Made by a program: the position numbers and the translations under genes
The notes under the pieces: generated by a model
What the model was told of the DNA's origin: nothing
What the model saw: only the letters and a program-made list of their open reading frames with translations
Database searches by the model: none
Source: an uncultured bacterium
Lineage (GTDB): Bacteria; UBA4055
Direction: 5' to 3'
Length of the DNA: 26,894 nucleotides
Assembly: GCA_937873545.1 (NCBI GenBank)
Contig: CALMWI010000155.1
Span: forward strand, 1-26,894
Shown here: piece after piece, positions 9,071-16,540 of the stretch
Layout: each line of letters opens with the position of its first letter
Numbering within the stretch: position 1 is the stretch's first letter

Positions 9071-10318
9071 TTACCAGCCCCCGGAGGCTTCCACATTAAC
9101 GGTTATATCTATTACCGAACCTTTTTTAACCATGTCGCCTTTTTTCAATGACTGCCCGATCACGCGGTTAAATCCCTTATCAATATCAGTGACTTTTTTA
9201 ATCATCCCAAGCTCAAGCCCTGCCTCTTTTATTTTCTTTTTCGCAGCTTCGGGAGTTATGTTGTATAAATTCGGTACAGTGATCTTATCATTTTCGATTT
9301 TCTGTGATGTTTTATCCGGGGCCGGCTGCTTATTTTCGTGCTCTTTTATAAAATTCATGATCCTGTTCTCATCGCCGTTCTTATTTCCTGCCAGTTTTAA
9401 ATACTCTCTAAGATCCTGAAGGCACAATTCTATATTGTTCATTTTAAAATATGCGAATCCTCTGTTATAGTAAGCCTGCTCGAGTTTCGGATCAAGCTCT
9501 AAAACTCTGGTGAATGATTTTACGGCGTTCTCATATAGCCTGCGATCATAGCTAAGTACGGCTTTATTGTTGTAGGCCATGCAAAGCTTCGGATTTAATT
9601 CGATCGCTTTATCGAAATTACTTTCAGCCTTAGCGTAATTATTCATAAAATAATAAACAAGTCCTCTGTTGTTGTAAATCTGAGCGATCTTCGGATCGAG
9701 CTGGATGGCTTTGTCATAATTCTTTAGGGCTTCTTCATATTTACCGACCTCCTGGGCTTTATAACCCAGTTCGAACCAGTCTGTCGCCTCAAGGGATTTT
9801 GCAAGGTCCTTGCTTTTTTCTACGTATCCCTGTTTCTTGTCTTTCAGCTCATTTATCTCTTTTGTAAGCTTATCATTAAGCTTTTTTTGCTCCTCGAGCA
9901 TTTTTTTGAGCTGAGAATCGTTCTTTATCTGAGTCAGTCTGTCCTTCAAATACCCGGTATCTATCATCGCGCTTATCTCGACTTCGATCGCAAAAGTACC
10001 TTCGATGACTTTGTTTTCACTTTTAATGATCTCAGTTTTAAGTATGCCGGCAGTATAGGTTTTTATTTCGTCTTTTGTGACCATGTAATCTTTCATTTCC
10101 ATGTTCGATTCAAGATAAGTACCCACCTGTTCCAGAGCATTTCTTTTTGCATCATTAACCGCGAACATTTTAGCGTCATCGACAGTTATCCCCGATCCGA
10201 TAAAAGCCACGCCTCTGCATTTGAGAGATATCACTTTATCCATCAGAATTATTGAATCCTGCGAAGCTAAAAGCGAAAAAAAGAAAAATATTGAAGAGAT
10301 TATTTTCAGTTTTTTCAT
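9071..10318 (-). CDS. Exported protein: LPP20/FlgT-N-like domain, coiled coil, about 4 TPRs and a C-terminal PASTA domain
   Basis: Signal peptide. A..DAKRNALEQVG...S pattern. Heptad-rich segment. Canonical TPRs (A..Y.NRG..Y, A..LDP). Terminal VPNLYN PASTA domain. ATGA overlap with the maf stop. Confidence 0.75.
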   Translation of the reverse strand: MKKLKIISSIFFFFSLLASQDSIILMDKVISLKCRGVAFIGSGITVDDAKMFAVNDAKRNALEQVGTYLESNMEMKDYMVTKDEIKTYTAGILKTEIIKSENKVIEGTFAIEVEISAMIDTGYLKDRLTQIKNDSQLKKMLEEQKKLNDKLTKEINELKDKKQGYVEKSKDLAKSLEATDWFELGYKAQEVGKYEEALKNYDKAIQLDPKIAQIYNNRGLVYYFMNNYAKAESNFDKAIELNPKLCMAYNNKAVLSYDRRLYENAVKSFTRVLELDPKLEQAYYNRGFAYFKMNNIELCLQDLREYLKLAGNKNGDENRIMNFIKEHENKQPAPDKTSQKIENDKITVPNLYNITPEAAKKKIKEAGLELGMIKKVTDIDKGFNRVIGQSLKKGDMVKKGSVIDITVNVEASGGW

Positions 10319-10902
10319 AATATGTAACCCGATTTATACATTTTCTGTGAGAACAGCGGAACAGGAAAACCCATTACGCTGAAAAAACATCCGTCAATCT
10401 TTTTTATGAATTTTGATCCGTAACCCTGAATTCCGTATGCCCCGGCTTTATCAAAGGGTTCATGAGTGTCAAGGTAGCTGTTTATCTGCTCGCCGGTCAT
10501 TTCATAGAATTCCACTTTGGTTTCGGTGTATTCATTTACCGTATTCTTCAAATAGCCGTCATATACATATAGAGAAGTGAAAACGCTGTGTACTCTGCCG
10601 CTTAATAGTTTCAGCATATCAAATGCGTGAGTTCTGTCATCAGGCTTGTTCAGTATCCCGTTATCTATGACAACGATAGTATCCGAGGCTATTATTATTC
10701 TGTCGTGGAACATCAGATCCCTTACGGCTTCGCCTTTCTGCTCCGCAAGGTCCATAACTATCGCTCCGAAACCGTTCACGCCTCTATGTACCTCCTCAAT
10801 ATCTGCCGGCTTAACCGAAAATTTGAGCCCGATATTCTCAAGAAGTTCTTTTCGTCTCGGGGATTTTGAAGCAAGTATTATGTTCCTTTCGTTTATGTGC
10901 AT
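10315..10902 (-). CDS. maf: Maf family nucleoside triphosphate pyrophosphatase (YhdE-type, dTTP/UTP)
   Basis: ILASKSPRRKELL, ASDTIV, ILNKP, LSGRVHSV, KAGAYGIQG and V.GFP. The R/T/Q pattern matches the YhdE type. Confidence 0.95.
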   Translation of the reverse strand: MHINERNIILASKSPRRKELLENIGLKFSVKPADIEEVHRGVNGFGAIVMDLAEQKGEAVRDLMFHDRIIIASDTIVVIDNGILNKPDDRTHAFDMLKLLSGRVHSVFTSLYVYDGYLKNTVNEYTETKVEFYEMTGEQINSYLDTHEPFDKAGAYGIQGYGSKFIKKIDGCFFSVMGFPVPLFSQKMYKSGYIL

Positions 10903-10909
10903 ATTCTCT

Positions 10910-12100
10910 CTAATAAACTATTTTTTGCCCGTCAGGAGCTGTAATTGTTACTTTGTTCTCGGTTTTGCTTTCAGGATTACTTTCGATCCTGCCTATGATT
11001 TTGGAAAATACTCCGAACGATTTTGAAATACCGATGATCTCATCCGCAAATCTTTCCGGAACGATGATCTCCATCCTGCATCCCATGTTGAACACCTGGA
11101 ACATTTCGGGATAACTGTTCTTCCCGGATTCTTTAATGAGTTCAAAAAGCGGAGGAATTTCGATTATTGAATCCTTCACATAGTGAACACCATGCCCGAA
11201 ACTCCGGCACTTTACCTGTCCGCCGCCGCTGTTGTGTACTAACCCGTGTATGTTATTCCGTTTAACCTCGTCAAAAACTTTTTTGAGAACCGGAGCGTAA
11301 GTTCTTGTCGGCGACAGAACCGCCTGACCTACCGATAATCCGCCGTGACCGAAACTGTCGGTCAGATTATATCTTCCGCAGTAAACATATTCGGTGGGCG
11401 TTTTGTCGGCAAAAGATTCGGGATATTTTTCAAAATATATTTTCGTAAATATGTCATGTCTGGCCGAGGTAAGTCCGTTAGATCCCATTCCGGAGTTATA
11501 GTGCTTTTCATATTTCGCATTACCATAGCTGGAAAGGCCTATAATGACATCGCCGGGCGTAATATTGTCATTGTTTATTACATCGGATCGTTTCATGCGG
11601 GCTGTCAGGGTGGAATCCACAATAATCGTTTTAACGAGATCGCCGACATCGGCAGTTTCTCCGCCGCAGCTGTGAATGTCTATACCATAGTTGTTCAGCA
11701 TAGAAATGACTTCTTCATAACCGTCAATTATTTCAGCTATGATCTCGCCGGGTATTATGTGCTTATTCCTTCCTATCGTATTTGAAAAAAGCATATTGGA
11801 AGTGGCGCCTACGGCAATAACATCATCTACGTTCATTACCAGAGAATCCTGAGCGATCCCTCTAAAAACGCTTTTATCGCCCGTCTCCTTGTAATAAATA
11901 TAAGCCAGAGATGATTTTGTGCCGGCTCCGTCAGCGTGCATTATGTTGCAGTATTCTGGATCATTTCCCAGCTTGTCTTCAATTATTTTGCAGAATGCGC
12001 CGGGAAACAAGCCTTTGCCGGAGTTTTTTACGGCTGAATGAACTTCAGACTTAGATGCGCTCGCTCCGCGTTTCAGATATTTATCGTCATAATTAGTCAA
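10910..12100 (-). CDS. purM: Phosphoribosylformylglycinamidine cyclo-ligase (AIR synthase), Bacteroidetes-type
   Basis: Y.KRGASASK.EVH, MHADGAGTKSSLAY, MNVDD, GGETADVGD, SNGLTSARH, LSPTRTY and FNMG.RME. Likely TTG start at 12100, 7 nt after GGAGGT, overlapping the pyrD stop (the ORF track gives 12118). Confidence 0.93.
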   Translation of the reverse strand: MTNYDDKYLKRGASASKSEVHSAVKNSGKGLFPGAFCKIIEDKLGNDPEYCNIMHADGAGTKSSLAYIYYKETGDKSVFRGIAQDSLVMNVDDVIAVGATSNMLFSNTIGRNKHIIPGEIIAEIIDGYEEVISMLNNYGIDIHSCGGETADVGDLVKTIIVDSTLTARMKRSDVINNDNITPGDVIIGLSSYGNAKYEKHYNSGMGSNGLTSARHDIFTKIYFEKYPESFADKTPTEYVYCGRYNLTDSFGHGGLSVGQAVLSPTRTYAPVLKKVFDEVKRNNIHGLVHNSGGGQVKCRSFGHGVHYVKDSIIEIPPLFELIKESGKNSYPEMFQVFNMGCRMEIIVPERFADEIIGISKSFGVFSKIIGRIESNPESKTENKVTITAPDGQKIVY

Positions 12101-13010
12101 TAACCATACCTCCGACAAGAGAATTTATATCAGCTATTTTTCTCCCCTTAAGCAATTTTTCCAGATCTTTAGCTATGTTCAAGCTGGAAAGAGGATTTGT
12201 GAAATTAGCCGTGCCTATTTGTACTGCCGTTGCTCCCGCGAGCATGAACTCCACGACATCTTCAGCCGAGCATATTCCGCCCATACCGATCAGAGGGATC
12301 TTTACCGCTTTAGAGCATTTATAAACTGCCTGAAGCGCAACAGGTTTTATCGCCGGTCCGCTGTAACCTGCAACGACAGATTTTATCTTCGGCCTGAAAG
12401 TTTTAATATCTATTGCCATTCCGAAAAGGGTATTTATCAATGAGAGAGAATCAGCCCCTTCAGCCTCGACAGCTTTTGCTATTGAGGTTATATCCGTAAC
12501 ATTGGGAGATAATTTTACCATTATGTGCTTTTTATAAACTTTTCTGACCTCACGAGTAACTTCCGCGGCTACTTTCGGATCGGTTCCGAATGCGACACCG
12601 CCTTCTTTTACATTCGGGCAGGAGATGTTTACTTCAATTCCCTGAATGCAGCCGATGTCGTTAAGCTTTTCAGCCACTTTGATGTAATCTTTGAGCTCTT
12701 TTCCCGCAACATTTACGAAAACAACGGTATTGAATTTTTCTATCACCGGAACTTTTCTGGTGATAAAATCATTTAGTCCGAGATTGGCAAGACCGATAGA
12801 ATTCAGCATGCCGTATTCCGTTTCCGCGATTCTGGGCATAGGATTTCCGATCCTGACTTCAGGCGTGACGGCTTTTGTGACGATCCCGCCAAGGGCAGAA
12901 AGATCGAAGAGTTCTGCGAATTCGTCACCGTAGCCGAAAGTTCCTGATGCCGTCAAAATAGGATTTTTAAGTATTACCCCGGCCCCTATATTTACCGATA
13001 ATTTTGTCAT
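12093..13010 (-). CDS. pyrD: Dihydroorotate dehydrogenase family 1 (1B-type catalytic subunit)
   Basis: NPILTASGTFGYG, GNPMPRIAET, MLNSIGL.N.G, NISCPNV, VKLSPNVTDI, LINT, SGPAIKPVAL and GA.AVQIGTANF. Confidence 0.96.
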   Translation of the reverse strand: MTKLSVNIGAGVILKNPILTASGTFGYGDEFAELFDLSALGGIVTKAVTPEVRIGNPMPRIAETEYGMLNSIGLANLGLNDFITRKVPVIEKFNTVVFVNVAGKELKDYIKVAEKLNDIGCIQGIEVNISCPNVKEGGVAFGTDPKVAAEVTREVRKVYKKHIMVKLSPNVTDITSIAKAVEAEGADSLSLINTLFGMAIDIKTFRPKIKSVVAGYSGPAIKPVALQAVYKCSKAVKIPLIGMGGICSAEDVVEFMLAGATAVQIGTANFTNPLSSLNIAKDLEKLLKGRKIADINSLVGGMVID

Positions 13011-13046
13011 TCCGTGCGCGTTCCATAGATTATTTACAAAGCTTGT

Positions 13047-13074
13047 AATATAAACTTTTTAGAATAAAAGTCAA
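13047..13074 (-). promoter_or_regulatory. Putative sigma70 promoter for the pyrD-purM-maf run
   Basis: Minus strand TTGACT (13074-13069), 16-nt spacer, TATATT (13052-13047) in the 90-bp AT-rich gap. Confidence 0.5.
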
Positions 13075-13100
13075 TTTATATAAACTTTGTAACGGGACTT

Positions 13101-14123
13101 CTAACCGATCAGTTTTCTGAAATACCAGTTTGAAAATGCTGCGAAATAGCCTTTTATCAAGATGGATCTTACTTCAGCTCGAGAAATCTTATATGTATCA
13201 TTTGTTGTGATGAAATCGTCAAGGTCTCTTTTTATTCCGTTCAGGGTCGCATAAGCAAGAGCGACAGGCCAGATGCAGAAAAGCCTTATCCGCCATAACC
13301 TGACAGGTACGGCTTCAACATACCGGACCGAAGCTTGGAGATGTTCTTCAGCTTTTTCTATCAGCTCGTTATATGCGGATTTTATCTGAACCTTTTTTTC
13401 GCTTTTGAAAAAATCTTCAAGATTCAGGCTGTATTTATGAAGAAGATCCTCCGGTATAAAGCACCTTCCCTCGGTGAAATCTTCTCTCGAATCTTTTATT
13501 ATATTAACATACTGCAGAGCTTTTCCGAAAGCGATCCCGTTCCTGAACATAATATCTCTGCTTTTTTCAGGCACTTTGAAATGTTCGAGCGTGAAAAGCC
13601 TCGAAAGGAGTTCGCCGACCGTTCCGGCGACATAATAAGTATATTCTTCAAGTTCATCAGTCGAAGAAAGCTGAACTTTCGGATTGTCGGTTCCGAAAGA
13701 GTATTTTTTCATTCCTTCAGCCATTTCAATCGTCCATTCCCGTACGAACTTTTGTACATTTTCAGGAAATGTGTCAACGCATTCGAAAACATCGAATGAG
13801 TTTTCAAGGATAATTTTCTCGTATGGTTTTATATCGGAAGTTGCCGCTATTTTAAAAAAAATATTATTTTCTTTTTTATAATTTTCAGGGTTTTTCAGAC
13901 AGGAAATGGCTTCGTCAAGAGCTTCTTTCTTAGTTTCGACAGTTATGTCGTAAGCGTCTTCCAAAGTGTCTAATAAACGGCAGATAAGATAAGAATGTCC
14001 GACAAAGAAATGAAGGTCTTCAGGAAGGATTTTTATAGAAGGGTAAAAAGTTCTTGAAACTTCTTTAAGCCAGATATTTCTCTTAACTGCAAACTCGGTA
14101 TTATAATACTTTTTATCAATCAA
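13101..14123 (-). CDS. Squalene/phytoene synthase family protein (one-enzyme squalene synthase-like)
   Basis: VSRTF flap, YLICRLLDTLED (first Asp-rich motif), YTYYVAGTVG, ALQYVNIIKDSREDF.EGR.FIP (second Asp-rich motif) and FCIWP. TTG start overlapping the upstream gene's stop. Confidence 0.88.
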   Translation of the reverse strand: MIDKKYYNTEFAVKRNIWLKEVSRTFYPSIKILPEDLHFFVGHSYLICRLLDTLEDAYDITVETKKEALDEAISCLKNPENYKKENNIFFKIAATSDIKPYEKIILENSFDVFECVDTFPENVQKFVREWTIEMAEGMKKYSFGTDNPKVQLSSTDELEEYTYYVAGTVGELLSRLFTLEHFKVPEKSRDIMFRNGIAFGKALQYVNIIKDSREDFTEGRCFIPEDLLHKYSLNLEDFFKSEKKVQIKSAYNELIEKAEEHLQASVRYVEAVPVRLWRIRLFCIWPVALAYATLNGIKRDLDDFITTNDTYKISRAEVRSILIKGYFAAFSNWYFRKLIG

Positions 14124-14352
14124 TTAGTTCTTCGTCCACAGATTCGTTAAGCATACGGACAAAATCGTCCGGATCTTTGACTTTGTGATTAATGCAGCAT
14201 TCCTCCACTGTGGCGAACCTGTTCATCTCGCAGACGACGCATCTCATGCTTTTATTTATAAAAACCTTCCTTGTGGAAGGAAATTTCTCGAAAATTTTTT
14301 CGATCGGATCACTTTTTTTAATATACTCTATCACTTTTTCCTCCTCGGTCAA
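14116..14352 (-). CDS. Small Cys/His-rich DUF1858-like protein
   Basis: 78 aa. I..I...FP....VF....M.CVVC......TVEE....H pattern. TTG start in a TTGA overlap with the rsmE stop. Confidence 0.7.
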   Translation of the reverse strand: MTEEEKVIEYIKKSDPIEKIFEKFPSTRKVFINKSMRCVVCEMNRFATVEECCINHKVKDPDDFVRMLNESVDEELID

Positions 14353-15044
14353 CTCAAGAACTTTGAAGCTGTTACTATTGCAGCCGTTTCCGCTCTAAGG
14401 ATCCTTTTATTCAGCTTTATTTTTATAAAGCCTTTTTCCGAAAGTTCAGCTGCTTCATTTTCTGTAAGGCCGCCTTCGGGACCTATTACAGCAAGTATAT
14501 GACCGCGCCTAATTCCGCACGGTACGCTTTCTCCTCCGATGTCGGCAAAAAACTTTTCTTCAAAGCCCCCGAGGTCAGATAATTCTTTAAAAGTCAGGGT
14601 TCTCGATAAAACCACATCTGTGCTGCCGCCGCACTGTTTGAGAGCAGATACCATATTCGGTTTCAGCGAATCGGTTTTCATTTTTGGAAAGGCGGTTCTG
14701 TCGGATATGAACGGAATGAATTCACTTATGCCGATTTCTGTAAGCTTTTCAATAAGAAGTTTCATTTTTGAATTTTTGTTCAAAAGCGAAACCGCTACTG
14801 TCAGTTTAATGTCTTTATAGTCACTGACATTTTCTGTCATTTCCAGAGGTTTAACAACAAGCCGTTTTTTTGAGCACTCTACGACTACTGATCTGAACCT
14901 GACACCCCTGCCGTTTATTATCTCTACCGTGTCTCCGGCCTTGATCCTAAGACTGGCAAAAGCATGAAAAACCTCATTCGGATCGTCTATTTCAAGCTCG
15001 CAGTTTAATAGAATATCCTTATTCTCAGCGTAAAATGTTTCCAC
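14349..15044 (-). CDS. rsmE: 16S rRNA (uracil1498-N3) methyltransferase RsmE
   Basis: H...LRIK.GD, EKLTEIGI..F.P..S.R, ALKQCG, IGPEGGL...E and RILRAETAAI. GTG start after GGGAGG. Confidence 0.93.
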   Translation of the reverse strand: METFYAENKDILLNCELEIDDPNEVFHAFASLRIKAGDTVEIINGRGVRFRSVVVECSKKRLVVKPLEMTENVSDYKDIKLTVAVSLLNKNSKMKLLIEKLTEIGISEFIPFISDRTAFPKMKTDSLKPNMVSALKQCGGSTDVVLSRTLTFKELSDLGGFEEKFFADIGGESVPCGIRRGHILAVIGPEGGLTENEAAELSEKGFIKIKLNKRILRAETAAIVTASKFLS

Positions 15045-15112
15045 TCACCCTCCCAAACATTCCAAATATAAGTCGGTTTAGTTGGAAATGTTATGATTAA
15101 TTGAATATAAAT

Positions 15113-15142
15113 AAAAAAAATGAGCATTTCTACTCATTTTTT
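15113..15142 (-). terminator. Intrinsic terminator directly downstream of tRNA-Leu
   Basis: Minus strand AAAAAATGAG-TAGAAATG-CTCATTTTTTTT, a hairpin followed by a U-tract. Confidence 0.7.
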
Positions 15143-15143
15143 A

Positions 15144-15229
15144 TGCCTTGGACCGGAGTCGAACCGGAACGGGGTGTGAGCCCCGCTGGATTTTGAGTCC
15201 AGTGCGTCTACCAATTCCGCCACCAAGGC
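15144..15229 (-). tRNA. tRNA-Leu (anticodon CAA), type II with long variable arm, CCA not encoded
   Basis: Acceptor stem GCCTTGG/CCAAGGC plus discriminator A. D-loop GGAATTGGTAGA. Anticodon arm CTGGA-CT-CAA-AA-TCCAG. Variable arm GGGG/CCCC. T-loop TTCGACT, with a U49:U65 mismatch in the T-stem. Confidence 0.97.
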
Positions 15230-15244
15230 AATTTCCGGATTGGG

Positions 15245-15273
15245 AAGATAAATATTCTATCCAGATTTGTCAA
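15245..15273 (-). promoter_or_regulatory. Sigma70 promoter of tRNA-Leu
   Basis: TTGACA (15273-15268), 17-nt spacer, TATCTT (15250-15245), about 15 nt upstream of the tRNA 5' end. Confidence 0.8.
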
Positions 15274-15298
15274 GACAGAAAAATCATGATGTAAGTTC

Positions 15299-15327
15299 TT
15301 GTAATTTCAAGATTTAATTCGTATTAT
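15299..15327 (+). promoter_or_regulatory. Putative sigma70 promoter for the rightward CTD protein / S8 protease genes (divergent from the tRNA promoter)
   Basis: TTGTAA (15299-15304), 17-nt spacer, TATTAT (15322-15327). Confidence 0.6.
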
Positions 15328-15360
15328 TGAATGGCTGAAATCAACAGGAAAGGATGTAAT

Positions 15361-16530
15361 TTGAAGATAATTTTCGTTTTAATATTTGTTCTGGGAATAA
15401 CCTGTTTCGGCAGCGATTTTATGAAATTGAGCGAATTCGCAGCAGTTAGAACTGAAACCAAACAGGATTCGAGTATATGGGTCGCAAACCCCGTTCCGGA
15501 TAAAAGTATGGAACCTGATGATGTTCTTGAAATTGACATTTCTTACTCGTTCAATTGGGAACCTGATTCAATAAACTTCGATTCAATTACCGTAGCTGTG
15601 ACCGGAGATTCCATTAATTCCCCGGTAGATAAAGCTTTTTTTAAGCCTTTAAATAATATGCTGAGAATAGAAACAAAACCTGAAATATACGGTCACGCCT
15701 ATATTGAATATACAGCCCATACGAGTATCGGGTCAGCTACGGATAAATTCCTATTAAGGGTTGAAAAGCGTCCTAACTACTCATGGAACCCGTTCAGCAC
15801 CCAATACGATATTATACCGGAGAACTGTTTTGGCAGAGGCGACTCAATAGAATGGAAAGCCGCGTCTGTTTTTGATCTGGGAAATATTGATTACCGGCTT
15901 GACTGTATAGAATTCGGTTACGGGTTTGGAGGAAGAACAGACTGGAAAATAGTTCTTTTCGACGGACTTCCTACAGACAGTCTGGTGAACGGATTGAGCG
16001 GTTCGAAGGATTTCGATGGAGGGTATTCCAGCTTTATAGAAAACCTGAACGGAATAATTTCCGGTCAGGTTGCAGTAGTATTTTCAACATCGGAAAATTT
16101 TATGGCAATGGAGACTTCCGGCAGCAGCGATCTTACCTGGATTTACTCGGCTTCTTCAGGATGGGAACATCCGGAGGATATATCTCCGGATTATCCAGGT
16201 TCCTGGTATATAAGACTGTATGTGCTGGATCCTACGGGCATCGAGCAGGTTTTTACAAATGAGAAAAGCCCGACCTTAATGCAGAATTATCCGAATCCTT
16301 TCAATAATGAGACTGTAATTTCGTGGATGATGCCTTATGCGGCTCAGACCGAGCTTAATATTTTTAATTCAAAAGGACAGCTGGTAAAGAATCTTGTCAA
16401 TGAGGCCGAAAATAAAGGAAAGCATTCCGCGGTTTTCAATGCGGACGGAATGCAGACAGGTATCTATTTTTATCAGCTTAAGATAAACGGGAAAATTGAA
16501 AATTCCGCAAAGATGCTGTATCTGAAATAA
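15361..16530 (+). CDS. Secreted protein with an Ig/cadherin-like domain and a T9SS type A-like C-terminal sorting domain
   Basis: Likely TTG start at 15361 after AAGGA, giving the signal peptide MKIIFVLIFVLGITCFG (the ORF track gives 15331). Ig-like module NPVPD...SF...YG.A.I...A...D.F.L.V. CTD QNYPNPFN..T.I...IFNSKGQLVK.L...GIYFYQL...KMLYLK. Confidence 0.85.
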   Translation: MKIIFVLIFVLGITCFGSDFMKLSEFAAVRTETKQDSSIWVANPVPDKSMEPDDVLEIDISYSFNWEPDSINFDSITVAVTGDSINSPVDKAFFKPLNNMLRIETKPEIYGHAYIEYTAHTSIGSATDKFLLRVEKRPNYSWNPFSTQYDIIPENCFGRGDSIEWKAASVFDLGNIDYRLDCIEFGYGFGGRTDWKIVLFDGLPTDSLVNGLSGSKDFDGGYSSFIENLNGIISGQVAVVFSTSENFMAMETSGSSDLTWIYSASSGWEHPEDISPDYPGSWYIRLYVLDPTGIEQVFTNEKSPTLMQNYPNPFNNETVISWMMPYAAQTELNIFNSKGQLVKNLVNEAENKGKHSAVFNADGMQTGIYFYQLKINGKIENSAKMLYLK

Positions 16531-16540
16531 GGGGTCGATT

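Noticed and set aside
15056-15092. Imperfect inverted repeat AACATTCCAA...TTGGAAATGTT upstream of rsmE as an ncRNA or riboswitch
   Set aside because: AU-rich, bulged, with a long loop and no match to a family I recognise.
15144-15229. tRNA-Leu as an integration site for an island containing the rightward genes
   Set aside because: No integrase, no duplicated tRNA 3' end found, and the 3' side leads directly to a terminator and rsmE.
12098-15363. Cluster of TTG start codons (purM, synthase, DUF1858-like, CTD protein) near the UUG-reading tRNA-Leu
   Set aside because: UUG initiation uses fMet-tRNA, not tRNA-Leu(CAA), and three of the four arise from stop/start overlaps. Likely coincidence.
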